Below, in pieces: positions 9,015 through 18,217 of a stretch of 60,102 nt of DNA (positions are counted from its first letter, which is position 1; each line of letters starts with the position of its first letter). The notes under the pieces were generated by a model that ran no database searches, was not told where the DNA came from, and saw nothing but the letters and a program-made list of their open reading frames with translations. Source of the DNA: a virus (lineage: Duplodnaviria > Caudoviricetes); IMG/VR virus record IMGVR_UViG_3300009160_000047, positions 1-60,102 of that record. One strand, given 5' to 3'. A program made the translations under genes and the position numbers.

Positions 9015-9033
9015 GTTAAAAGCAATATACAAC

Positions 9034-9060
9034 AAAAGAAAAGGGGGCACAAGCCCCCTT
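9034..9060 (-). terminator. Rho-independent terminator after the major capsid gene
   Basis: Minus strand AAGGGGGC-TTGT-GCCCCCTT followed by TTCTTTT. Confidence 0.8.
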
Positions 9061-9083
9061 ATTCAAATATTTCCTAAGAAATA

Positions 9084-9992
9084 TTATGCGCCGGCAGAGC
9101 CGTACATGCCAAGTGGATCGCTCCAGCCGAAGCTGTAACGCTCACGAGACTTGTAACGAACGTTACCTGTGTCAAAGTCACCGTCCATAGACTGAGCCAA
9201 AGGCGAACGCACAAAGTGCTTCATGCCGTTAGGTACGTCTGTAGTCAGGAACCAAGCATTGGTATCAGTCAAGAAGTGGTTAATGGTAAATCCACCAGGG
9301 ATAGAACCATTGTTCTTCAATGCATTAATATCGTTGTCAGCAGTAGACACACGCAATTCAGTCTCAAGCAAGCGAGTTGCTGTGAACTGTAATGCAGGTG
9401 GAACAACCAGCTTGTTAGGCTTAGCAGCGATCAACAAGCCACGCTCATCTGTCCACAAGCTAATTTGAATAACAGCGTTTTCCAACGATGTTTCATTCAA
9501 ATCAGCAGGGGTAGATGGGACGTTGCTGTTAGTGCCGCCAGACACCAAGGGGTGTGCAGAGTTAAACAAAGAAACGCCGTCACCACCAACATAAGCACTA
9601 GAGAAACCGTTGTTCAAAACAGCGGCAGCTTTAACTTGCTTAGTGTAGGCCATAGCGCGGGCTAAAGCCTTCGTGTAACGTGCAGACAATGAGTCATACA
9701 AGTTATCTTCGATAGCCTCTTCAGTCAAGCTGAAGCCCAAAGCAATGGTTTCGTGGTTGTATCGAGCAGTCCATGCTTCCTGCGCATTGTCATAAGCAAT
9801 GGCAGAACCCTCGTTTTTAACGGGGGCAGCAGAGAAACCAGATAGTTTTGTCTCTTCTTCAAAAGAACGCTCAGAGGTTTCGGTTTCATAAATTTCTTTA
9901 TGTTCCTCACCATATTTAGCGTACTCCAAACCGAACAAAGCGTTCAAGCCAGGGAGAAGTTCTTTAAGTAGTTGTGCGCGTGAAATAGCCAT
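9084..9992 (-). CDS. Major capsid protein (Mu gpT-like, HK97 fold)
   Basis: MAISRAQLLKELLPGLNALFGLEY, EEAIEDNLY, DGVSLF...HP and DFDTGNVRYK.RERYSFG motifs; followed by a terminator. Confidence 0.9.
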   Translation of the reverse strand: MAISRAQLLKELLPGLNALFGLEYAKYGEEHKEIYETETSERSFEEETKLSGFSAAPVKNEGSAIAYDNAQEAWTARYNHETIALGFSLTEEAIEDNLYDSLSARYTKALARAMAYTKQVKAAAVLNNGFSSAYVGGDGVSLFNSAHPLVSGGTNSNVPSTPADLNETSLENAVIQISLWTDERGLLIAAKPNKLVVPPALQFTATRLLETELRVSTADNDINALKNNGSIPGGFTINHFLTDTNAWFLTTDVPNGMKHFVRSPLAQSMDGDFDTGNVRYKSRERYSFGWSDPLGMYGSAGA

Positions 9993-10003
9993 GATTTAGC
10001 TCC

Positions 10004-10843
10004 TTAGACCGCAGTGGCAGTGTAATAGGAATGAGTGCCAAAGTTTAATTTGACTTTCACTTCTGGATACTGGGTGAAAACAATAGTGGACGCGCTAGGA
10101 ATAGCGGTCACACTGCCGGGAACTGCAATCGCAGCATTGATGGTCACTGTTGTTGCACCAGCAGCGGCAGCCGCAGACACAAACGAACCAGTCTCAATAA
10201 TTTGACCATTAGAGGCTAAGTAAGCCACATCAGTACCAACAACCAAGGCGCTAGGTAAGCCAGAGCCAGTCAGTGTAATGGTAGTAGAAGAAGACGAACC
10301 AGTTGCAGTAGTAACAATTGCAGTCTCTTCAACCAAACCAACTGCACGCAAGGCGAAGGTGGAAGTTGTAAGAGTTGCAGAGTACAAAGCAGCAACAGCA
10401 GAATTACCAGTGTTCACACTACCAGCATTTTGGATCAAACCGAAGTTTTGACCAATTACGGCAGTTGAAGCAGAGGCAATAACTGTGGTTGCAGAGCACA
10501 CCACTACTTTAAACACTGTGTCAGGATCATCACAAATGATAGCTTGTGCATCACCAGCCAAAGTGCCAGAAGGCCAATACTGAGCAAATTGTTTCTGCTT
10601 AGTGGTAGGGTTCGTGTAAGAGCAACCCAAGAACACACCAACCAAACCACCTGCTGTAGCATCAGTAGTTGAAGTATTTTTTACAATGGTTCCGCGAACA
10701 ATGTTCACAAGATCACCATAAAAAATGTTTGAAGCATAACCATACTGGATAGGTAAATTGCGGGTAGAACCAGCAAATACCTGACCACCGATCAGGTTGA
10801 TCGGCTTTAGGCCGTAGGGGGCCGAGACGACGGGATAAGCCAT
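10004..10843 (-). CDS. Capsid-associated (decoration/cement-like) protein
   Basis: APYGLKP, IFYGDLV, GVFLGCSY and DDP motifs; directly upstream of the capsid gene. Confidence 0.6.
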   Translation of the reverse strand: MAYPVVSAPYGLKPINLIGGQVFAGSTRNLPIQYGYASNIFYGDLVNIVRGTIVKNTSTTDATAGGLVGVFLGCSYTNPTTKQKQFAQYWPSGTLAGDAQAIICDDPDTVFKVVVCSATTVIASASTAVIGQNFGLIQNAGSVNTGNSAVAALYSATLTTSTFALRAVGLVEETAIVTTATGSSSSTTITLTGSGLPSALVVGTDVAYLASNGQIIETGSFVSAAAAAGATTVTINAAIAVPGSVTAIPSASTIVFTQYPEVKVKLNFGTHSYYTATAV

Positions 10844-10862
10844 TTAAGACTCCTTTTAAAAT

Positions 10863-11312
10863 TTAAGTACCTTTGCCAAAGGTAGACGAAGACTTACGCT
10901 CTTGGAAGAGCGGCATCCGCGCATCGCTTTGACGCATGAAACTGTTGTCTACGGCATCTGTCTGAGCTTGTGTTTGATTAGCGAAGTGTTGTGTACGCTG
11001 TTGAACAAAGTCAGTAGGTGTTTTGCAAAGCAACAATCCACCGATCTCAACGTTGTCGCGGTAGCGACTATTGGGATCAGCTAACAGTTTAAATTTGGGT
11101 TGTTCCTCAAGTGCAACGGGTTCCCAACCTTCACGGAGTTTGGCCGATAGGTTACGGGGGTCTGCCGCGTTTAACGTTGAGACACGAATCCAGCGATAGT
11201 TATACCCAGGCTGCTTGTCTGGCTCAGGTAAAATTTCAGGAAGCGCCCACTGCTTAGGACGCTCTTGTACATCGCGTGTGTCAAACTCTCTTGTAAGTCT
11301 TTTTTCAGCCAT
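10863..11312 (-). CDS. Conserved head-cluster protein
   Basis: W..P..LP.P...GY.YRWIR, LREGWEPV and GGLLLCK motifs. Confidence 0.6.
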   Translation of the reverse strand: MAEKRLTREFDTRDVQERPKQWALPEILPEPDKQPGYNYRWIRVSTLNAADPRNLSAKLREGWEPVALEEQPKFKLLADPNSRYRDNVEIGGLLLCKTPTDFVQQRTQHFANQTQAQTDAVDNSFMRQSDARMPLFQERKSSSTFGKGT

Positions 11313-12267
11313 TTTGGGCCTCCACTTTCAGGAACTCTTTCACGTATTGTTCGGGAGTAATTCCTAATTTTTTAATCGTATTCAACTGGCTCTGCTTAAG
11401 CTTCACCTTATTTGGAGATGTGCTACGGGCTACCGGGGCTACTACTGTGCTAGGTTTTGGCTTAGCAGGCTCAGTTTTTGCCGTTGATTCATTTGACGTC
11501 CTTTGGAAAACCTCGGGAAATCGTTGGCGTATTGTTTTGTCCAATTCACCATAGTATTCATCCGAGCCAACTGGAACTCCAGCATCCTTTAGATCTTCGT
11601 GAACACCTAAAGCATAAGCTGTCATACCCCTATTTTTGCCAAACCAGCCGTTGCGGGTCTGCCAATCTTCAGCCTTGTTGTCGGGCTTGGGAACAGGTTG
11701 TCGTTGCTCTTGACGCGGTTGTACTTCAAATTCCTCTTCTTGTAAAGGGGGTAACTTAAAGTTTTTAATCTGCATTAACTTGTAATTGACATTCTGTAGA
11801 GACTGCTGAGCCTCAATCATTTTGTCAGTATCGCCAGAATCATATGCCTCGCGGTATGCGCGCTTGGCCATTTCCAACTCCATGTTGGCGGCATTCTGTA
11901 CAGTGGCAACGTACTCTTTCTCACCATTGGTAAGAATAGTCTTAATACGTTTATTCTCTTGCAATAAACGCTGGGCTACGTTTATAGCCTCTTGTTGCTC
12001 ACGTAACGCGGATTCTTTCTCACGGCGTTCATCGTGCCAGACCTTACGCATTTGCTTGAGTTTAGTTTTGACCTCATCGTCATACTTATCAAGCTCATCT
12101 TTTTCCAGCTCTTCAACCAGAGGCTTAGGCATTGGCTCACGGCCACGGTCCTGAGCCGGCGTATCATCCTCAATTTCAATCTCAAACTCTGGCTCTTTAG
12201 CCTCATTCTTGGATTGACCTTGGGATTCGTCTGGAAATTTAAATTCTTCTTTTTCAAATTCAGGCAT
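11305..12267 (-). CDS. Capsid scaffolding protein
   Basis: Acidic coiled coil, W..RN.WFG, C-terminal KLGITPEQY; located between portal and capsid genes. Confidence 0.65.
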   Translation of the reverse strand: MPEFEKEEFKFPDESQGQSKNEAKEPEFEIEIEDDTPAQDRGREPMPKPLVEELEKDELDKYDDEVKTKLKQMRKVWHDERREKESALREQQEAINVAQRLLQENKRIKTILTNGEKEYVATVQNAANMELEMAKRAYREAYDSGDTDKMIEAQQSLQNVNYKLMQIKNFKLPPLQEEEFEVQPRQEQRQPVPKPDNKAEDWQTRNGWFGKNRGMTAYALGVHEDLKDAGVPVGSDEYYGELDKTIRQRFPEVFQRTSNESTAKTEPAKPKPSTVVAPVARSTSPNKVKLKQSQLNTIKKLGITPEQYVKEFLKVEAQNG

Positions 12268-12278
12268 TTTGTACTCCT

Positions 12279-12707
12279 TTATTTGCGTTTAATACCACGG
12301 GGATCATCAACAGTTCCTTCTACGGAATCATCGTTAATGATACGAAATTCTCGACCATGAATCACCAAGCGGGTTCCCGCATGAGGACGCACAAGAACGA
12401 AATCGCCTTTTTGACAATACGCGCCGTTTGGAAAGCGTGCAGGGTCTTTGTAGCAATCCGGCCCCATATCAACAACAAACAAGACAGTTGTGAGTGTCTC
12501 CTCATTGCGCATGGTTTCATCTGCTTTAATTAAACCAATCTCGCTGTCTTCAAATTCTTTCTCCGCCTCTGGGATGGCGCATAGAATTCGATAGCCAGAT
12601 GGCTTAGGTAGTTGTTTGCCTTTTTCCTCTGCGGTGGCAGTAAAATTGTAGGCTCCGACAACTTGCGGGTTGTTAGCGTCTGTAGCTAACAGGATGGAAC
12701 TAGTCAT
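12279..12707 (-). CDS. groES: GroES-like co-chaperonin
   Basis: P.GYRIL, V..MGPDCY, GDFVL...AG.R and FRIINDD.V motifs. Confidence 0.8.
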   Translation of the reverse strand: MTSSILLATDANNPQVVGAYNFTATAEEKGKQLPKPSGYRILCAIPEAEKEFEDSEIGLIKADETMRNEETLTTVLFVVDMGPDCYKDPARFPNGAYCQKGDFVLVRPHAGTRLVIHGREFRIINDDSVEGTVDDPRGIKRK

Positions 12708-12891
12708 CCATTTTCTCCATGGTTTGTTGCAGGTCTAGTGCATATCCTCGTGCGGTGAGTAGACCCTTGATCTCACCACAGAGTTTCTTGTACTCCTCAA
12801 AAGACTCCGCCCTACCTTCCGATAAGTAGTCTTTGAGTTGGGCAATCTTCTCGTCAGATTGCTTTACCAGTACTTCAATTACGTCCATCAT
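12700..12891 (-). CDS. Small conserved protein downstream of portal
   Basis: 63 aa; FEEYKKLCGEIKGL motif. Confidence 0.6.
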   Translation of the reverse strand: MMDVIEVLVKQSDEKIAQLKDYLSEGRAESFEEYKKLCGEIKGLLTARGYALDLQQTMEKMDD

Positions 12892-15350
12892 TCTTCCTTA
12901 GTTTGTTGAGAAGCTTGATTCATGCCGCGCTCTTGGCTTGCCTTATTTTGGTGTGTGTTTGACAGGTGAGTCAAAACTTCCACACTCTTATCCAGCAAGT
13001 GAGCCTGCTTAGTATTCTCCATTTGAGCCATAGCTCGGGCAGCTTCAATCTTCTGGCGCTGAGCTTCGATGGTCAGTTGCTCTTGTTTGAGTTGAGCATC
13101 TGTCGCATCCTTGGCCACTTTGCGTTGCTGCTCGGCCATCTTGATCTGCAACTCTTGTTGTTGCAATTGAACAAGCGGATCTTGAGTTTGTTGCTGGGCT
13201 TGCTGTTGAGCAGCCTGCTGTTGATTGCTCGCAAGTAGGCGCTGTGAAGCCTGAGCCAACAATGGCGCCAAACGTGCTTCTACTTCTGGATCCATGTTGA
13301 TATCTTCACCGGCCTCGTCTTTCTGAGGTGGCAAGCTCATACCTAGTTGCAATTCAATCTGCTTTCGGTACTCAAAGCCCAAGTGCTCATTAATGTGAGC
13401 CATCATGGCCTGCTGTAATTGCTGAGCCATTGGGTTGTTCTGGAGCAAAGACATAATCTTCGGATCTTGCATGGCCGACATGTGAACCATAATATGAGCC
13501 TGATGGTCTTGATACATAAACGCCTTGACCGGCTTCATCATCAATACATTCTGGTTCTCAGATACTGGATCTGTAGGCTTCTGGTCTTCTTCCATAGGAA
13601 CAAGCTTAGATGCATCTTTAATACCCAGCACCTCTAACATCTGACGATGCAACAAAGGCATGTTGTAGATCTGGGGTGACTGCTGAGCCAGTTGCATAAC
13701 CGCTTGGTATTGCACAATCTTTTGCGCCATGGTGGACGCATTAGGATCGCTGACAGGAATAACATAAACATCATCGTAGTCACTGCGCTTAGCTCTACGT
13801 GAGCCCTCAGTAGGTTGATATTCGTACTCTTCCGGCGTATATGCGGCAATGATATTTTTTAAGAGTTTTAACTCTTGCTTCATTGAGTAGTGAATGCGCG
13901 CCTGAACAGCGCTCATCACTTTTAACGTGCGCTCCAAAATAGCTAGCGTAGTTCCTACTGGGGCGTTAGCCGACATATCGCTAATCTGAAGATCTGCCGT
14001 ATTAGCAAAACGGCGACCCTCATCTACAATCTGGCCCAGCAAAGCCATCAATGTCTGGCTAGGTTCCTTGTATGGCAGAGGCAATAAGTTGTCGCGGATA
14101 GTTCCGCTAGGCACATCCACATCTCTCCACTCGCCTGGAGAAATAGGTGTATCGTCTCCCTTTACACGTAGGCCGCGAGCTTTAAAGCCGCCAGGTAAAT
14201 TACTTAAAGTACCAGCATCAACAAGCTGACGAATAAGAGAAGTGCCTGACTTAGCAAAAGCCCCAATGAGGTGGATGAGGCCAAAACAGTAGAAACCAAA
14301 CCCAGGAACGTAGCCGTAGTGGACATAGTGCTGGCGCTTTTGATAGGTTTCATCGTTTTCCTCCCAGTTACGGCGCACGGCCAAAACTTTGTTGGAGCCT
14401 TTTTCAACAGTTACGATGTATGGTAATTTAATACCTGTAGGCTCACCATCTTCCTCGTGCTCATAGCCTGGAAGATCTAAATCTACGCTCATCTCAAGAA
14501 GCTTATAGCGGTTATCAGTTGTGGCTCTAAAGCCCATCTTTTCCGCAATCTTCTTCTCTACTTCGTCTAGCACATTCTCTGGATCGCCCAGATCAATGTC
14601 TCGGTAAAAGCCAGCCACTTGTAAACGGCGCAGCTCATTCTCAGTTTTACGCATTACATGGGTAACACGCTCAGCCGTTTCTAAGTTACTTGCGCCATAA
14701 GGAACAACCAAGTCTTCTGCCGGCACAAACAGAGAAACCTGACGCTCCATGTGAGGATCGTAGTAGACCTTTTTAAAAGCATTACCAGACAGACCTAAGC
14801 CCCACAGCATGCGCTCATGCTCGGGACGGAACTCAGTCATTACATCGGTCAGCTGATAGTTCATGTCATCTTGGACACGAACCGCAGAAGCTTTTTTCTC
14901 GGGGGTTTCTTTGCCAATGATCTGAGTCTTGACGGGCCCAGCAGCGGGGAACGTACTCATCATTGTTTCGGCTTGGAACTTAACCAGAGCCTCGGACAAT
15001 AGGGGGTGATAAACGCCGCATGCACCTTCCCATGGCTCTGTTCTTTCCTCAATCTTCATACCCAAAAGTTCAAGACCATCTACATAGGTCTGCATCCAGT
15101 CTTTACGGCTGCCAATGTCATCATCAAAGTCACTGGCCAACTCACTGGCCAAGGTTTCCAGTGCGCTTTCGTCCAAGTACTCAGCCAAGTTAGCGTCAAA
15201 CTCATCGCCGCCTTCTAACTTCTCTGGGCCAATAGCAATCTCTAGCTCGGTTATTTCAACCTCGGGTTCCATCTCAATTTCAATCTCTGGAACATCCGCC
15301 AGGGCTTCTAATCCCAGTGGTGCTTGGTACAGTGCCTTATCTATAGCCAT
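12888..15350 (-). CDS. Portal protein
   Basis: 820 aa; SRKDW..TY..GL, HPLL.EA..FQA, GNAFKKVY, GFGFY..GL; Gln-rich C-terminal barrel helix; directly after TerL. Confidence 0.85.
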   Translation of the reverse strand: MAIDKALYQAPLGLEALADVPEIEIEMEPEVEITELEIAIGPEKLEGGDEFDANLAEYLDESALETLASELASDFDDDIGSRKDWMQTYVDGLELLGMKIEERTEPWEGACGVYHPLLSEALVKFQAETMMSTFPAAGPVKTQIIGKETPEKKASAVRVQDDMNYQLTDVMTEFRPEHERMLWGLGLSGNAFKKVYYDPHMERQVSLFVPAEDLVVPYGASNLETAERVTHVMRKTENELRRLQVAGFYRDIDLGDPENVLDEVEKKIAEKMGFRATTDNRYKLLEMSVDLDLPGYEHEEDGEPTGIKLPYIVTVEKGSNKVLAVRRNWEENDETYQKRQHYVHYGYVPGFGFYCFGLIHLIGAFAKSGTSLIRQLVDAGTLSNLPGGFKARGLRVKGDDTPISPGEWRDVDVPSGTIRDNLLPLPYKEPSQTLMALLGQIVDEGRRFANTADLQISDMSANAPVGTTLAILERTLKVMSAVQARIHYSMKQELKLLKNIIAAYTPEEYEYQPTEGSRRAKRSDYDDVYVIPVSDPNASTMAQKIVQYQAVMQLAQQSPQIYNMPLLHRQMLEVLGIKDASKLVPMEEDQKPTDPVSENQNVLMMKPVKAFMYQDHQAHIMVHMSAMQDPKIMSLLQNNPMAQQLQQAMMAHINEHLGFEYRKQIELQLGMSLPPQKDEAGEDINMDPEVEARLAPLLAQASQRLLASNQQQAAQQQAQQQTQDPLVQLQQQELQIKMAEQQRKVAKDATDAQLKQEQLTIEAQRQKIEAARAMAQMENTKQAHLLDKSVEVLTHLSNTHQNKASQERGMNQASQQTKEE

Positions 15351-15358
15351 ATGTTTCC

Positions 15359-16864
15359 TTAATAATATGCAACTTTTCGGCGGTAAACCTGCTCATCTTC
15401 TTCATCAGTGTTTAACCTCAAAAAACCGCCCTGTCTAAAACGAATTAAAGCCTGTGTGCTTGAGTCTACCAAGTCATCGTGAGCCGCATTAGGAAAAGAC
15501 GCCATCTGCTCAATCAATTCATGCGCCCACCGAGTATCCGGAGCCCATACTTTACCCGACCTAAAGAGATCCGTCACGGAATTTATACGCACAAACTTAT
15601 CATTTCCACGAACCGGTGTGTATTCCTGTACAGGTACGCCCATTCTCCTCATCTCAAAGATTAACGGGGATCCAGCCGCTTTAGCTTCAATGATACAAGT
15701 GTCCGGCTCCCAAATGTTGTACATCTCAAAAGCTTTTTCCTTGAGTTCCGGAAACTCTAGCCTCTCTTGGTACGCTTCCAGCAAAATGACGTTCACATTT
15801 TTAGGATCTTCGTCCATGTGGAACACACCCCACACCGTACAAGCCGAATAGTCGCTTCTTTCCGACTTGGTAAACGCAGTATCCCAGCTCTGAATTACGT
15901 ATTCACATGACGGCGGTCTATCTCTCTCCCAAATCTTCCACCATTCTCTCTTTACTAAAGCTCCTTCTTCGCCAGTTGGTTTTTGTTGGTACTGGGCGTT
16001 CCACTTGGATACTGGTAATTCCTCTTTCAAGGCTTCTAATTCGTCAATAGACCAGAATTCAGGCCATAAGGGGTTACCACTAGGCATAATTGCGGGTAAT
16101 TCAATCAATTCCCACTCCTCACCTTTCTCCCTTTTAAGCGCATCTTGTAATACTCGCCCCGTTAAATCGGCTTCTCCCCAGCGAGTCATCACAATCACAA
16201 TAGCGCCGCCTGGTTGAAGACGCTGTCTAGGTCCCGAGGTGTACCACTCATACACTTTCTGGTAAATTTCCGGATTACCAGAAGCCGCCGCAGCCTCTTG
16301 TTCCGAGTGCGGATCGTCAATGATCAACAAATCGGCACCTTTACCAGTCACAGTACCCCCTACACCAATAGCAAAGTACTCTCCATTCTTATTCGTAGCC
16401 CAGCGACCCGCAGCTTTACTGTCCTGACGTAACTTAACCCCTGGAAACACACTCGCATATTGTTCCGAGTCCACTAAGTTCCTGACCTTACGTCCAAAAC
16501 CAACCGCTAGATCAGCCGTGTTAGAGCACTGGATTACTTTCTTGGCGGGGTTCTTGCCTAAAAACCAGCTAGGCAATAAATAGCTAGCAAACTCAGACTT
16601 AGTATGTCTCGGCGGCATGTTAATAATCACCCGCTTCATCTCACCTTTAGCAATAGCCTCAAACTTCTTAGCCATCAAAGCATGGTGACGACCATGCACA
16701 AAGCCCGGCCACATCATCTTTACGTACTCCATAAAGCTAACCTGAGCTTTCTCCCTCTCTATAGCCGCTTGATAAACCTTTACCTCATCAATCAGCTTTT
16801 CATACATAGCCGGATCTAGCTTATCTAACAGCCTTTCTAAGTCTTCTGCGGTATTGGCTATCAT
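15359..16864 (-). CDS. terL: Terminase large subunit
   Basis: Walker A-like MPPRHTKS, Walker B LLIIDDP, MTRW, YQQ.P, nuclease SWDTA and HDDLVD. Confidence 0.92.
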   Translation of the reverse strand: MIANTAEDLERLLDKLDPAMYEKLIDEVKVYQAAIEREKAQVSFMEYVKMMWPGFVHGRHHALMAKKFEAIAKGEMKRVIINMPPRHTKSEFASYLLPSWFLGKNPAKKVIQCSNTADLAVGFGRKVRNLVDSEQYASVFPGVKLRQDSKAAGRWATNKNGEYFAIGVGGTVTGKGADLLIIDDPHSEQEAAAASGNPEIYQKVYEWYTSGPRQRLQPGGAIVIVMTRWGEADLTGRVLQDALKREKGEEWELIELPAIMPSGNPLWPEFWSIDELEALKEELPVSKWNAQYQQKPTGEEGALVKREWWKIWERDRPPSCEYVIQSWDTAFTKSERSDYSACTVWGVFHMDEDPKNVNVILLEAYQERLEFPELKEKAFEMYNIWEPDTCIIEAKAAGSPLIFEMRRMGVPVQEYTPVRGNDKFVRINSVTDLFRSGKVWAPDTRWAHELIEQMASFPNAAHDDLVDSSTQALIRFRQGGFLRLNTDEEDEQVYRRKVAYY

Positions 16865-17154
16865 TCAATATCCCTAAAGTTAATGTACACAGGACGAATA
16901 CTGCGCCGGCCAGCTACTCTCTTTACTACTCCTAACTTAACCAATCTATCCACAATATCCTTGGTATTCCCGATACCTGTTTTCCCACGCACATCCGCAA
17001 TCTGCCGCAAAGTCGGCGAACACCCATACTTCTTCCACCACTCATCCACAATGATAAAAACATCCTTCTGAACCGGACTCATATCCTTCTCCATACACTC
17101 GTCATAACTCATCTCCCGCCGTCTTATCATGCCTCTGTTAATCATTATTTCCAT
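16861..17154 (-). CDS. LexA-type winged-helix DNA-binding protein (no protease domain)
   Basis: MSPVQKDVF..V..W.KKYGCSPTLRQIA......V.RL.KLG...R resembles the LexA N-terminal domain. Confidence 0.65.
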   Translation of the reverse strand: MEIMINRGMIRRREMSYDECMEKDMSPVQKDVFIIVDEWWKKYGCSPTLRQIADVRGKTGIGNTKDIVDRLVKLGVVKRVAGRRSIRPVYINFRDIE

Positions 17155-17171
17155 ATACTGCCTATTTTTTA

Positions 17172-17210
17172 AGCAATGGTAACGCTTACCATTGGGGTGG
17201 GTTAACCCTA
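17172..17210 (+). repeat. Dispersed two-palindrome element, copy 1
   Basis: AGCAATGGTAACGCTTACCATTGGGGTGGGTTAACCCTA; near-identical copies at 35131 (inverted) and 45670. Confidence 0.9.
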
Positions 17211-17245
17211 TGTTTTCTAGTTTTCAAAATATATATACCCCACCC

Positions 17246-17986
17246 CTATTTTGCTTGGAATGATGACGGGGGGTCTTTCCAAAAATCATCATCTGGGTCG
17301 CTCTCTGGGAAAGAAGTACCCCCATCCGGTTTTTCTTCTGACACTTCGAGTGGAATACTATGTAGGTGAGAGGGGGGACTCCTACTTGGCAAATCGGGGG
17401 GTGGGGGGTCAGCCTGGGCAGCAGGCGCATCCGCCAACGGGGCGGGCTCCAACTCAGCCAATAGAGAGTCGGCATCTTTTACAGTTACATCCGTTACAGT
17501 TCCATGCACTAATGTTCTAAGCTTGTCCAATAGCTGAGCCCGTGCGTCCGTGCTCGATGTGATGTGCTCTACCACCTTACGTTCTGTAAAGGCCGAAACT
17601 TCCGTAACAGTCCCGAGCACCTTAGCCGCCGCCGTGATCTGACCGGCTTTGCTCTCCGGATCTGTGATCACCTTGACTAAGGAATGAATGACGAGGGAGC
17701 GCAAGTGTTCGGGCGTATGATATGCCTTCGCACTTTCAGCCAGTCGGATAGCTTCTATCTCCCGAGCTATTCCCGCATGCTTTTTAAGATCACTTGCCGC
17801 ATTGCCGGCGGTCTTCGCTCTTTTGGTCGTTACGTTATAGGCCTGTCTATAACTACCGGCTCCGGTTTCCCCTTGGGCGACCAAACGGGCAAAGGTTTTC
17901 TGTTTGTGTGTGAGCTTTCCCTTTACACCTAGTATTTGGTCTATTGGGACTTGCTCTAATGCCTCTCTTACTTGAGCCCTTTTCAT
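17246..17986 (-). CDS. terS: Terminase small subunit
   Basis: LT.KQ..FA..V..G....SYR.AY HTH-like start and A.KVLG; located upstream of terL. Confidence 0.7.
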   Translation of the reverse strand: MKRAQVREALEQVPIDQILGVKGKLTHKQKTFARLVAQGETGAGSYRQAYNVTTKRAKTAGNAASDLKKHAGIAREIEAIRLAESAKAYHTPEHLRSLVIHSLVKVITDPESKAGQITAAAKVLGTVTEVSAFTERKVVEHITSSTDARAQLLDKLRTLVHGTVTDVTVKDADSLLAELEPAPLADAPAAQADPPPPDLPSRSPPSHLHSIPLEVSEEKPDGGTSFPESDPDDDFWKDPPSSFQAK

Positions 17987-18040
17987 ACTGTTTCGCTCCG
18001 CTTTATTGAATGCCGCCCATCATACAGAACAAAGCCGGAA

Positions 18041-18151
18041 CTGTCACCAATGCGACAACCTGGCGGGTAATTATATGGTATGCGAGCCGGTTTTGCCTCT
18101 GAAAATTGATTGATTCCCCATGCTGCAGCCTGTCGCCAATGTGACTGACAG
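18041..18151 (+). promoter_or_regulatory. Operator-like inverted repeats CTGTCRC-N4-GYGAC (two copies) upstream of the early operon
   Basis: CTGTCACCAATGCGACA at 18041 and GCCTGTCGCCAATGTGACTGACAG at 18128; TTGACA at 18157. Confidence 0.6.
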
Positions 18152-18217
18152 ACCTATTGACAACTGTCAGCATTGCCTTCTGTAGTACCCCATTAACGAA
18201 ACAAAGGAAACCGCCAC

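Noticed and set aside
8941-9020. Active canonical hammerhead ribozyme
   Set aside because: CUGANGA is present, but the required GAAA reads UAAG and stem III with the NUH site is unconvincing.
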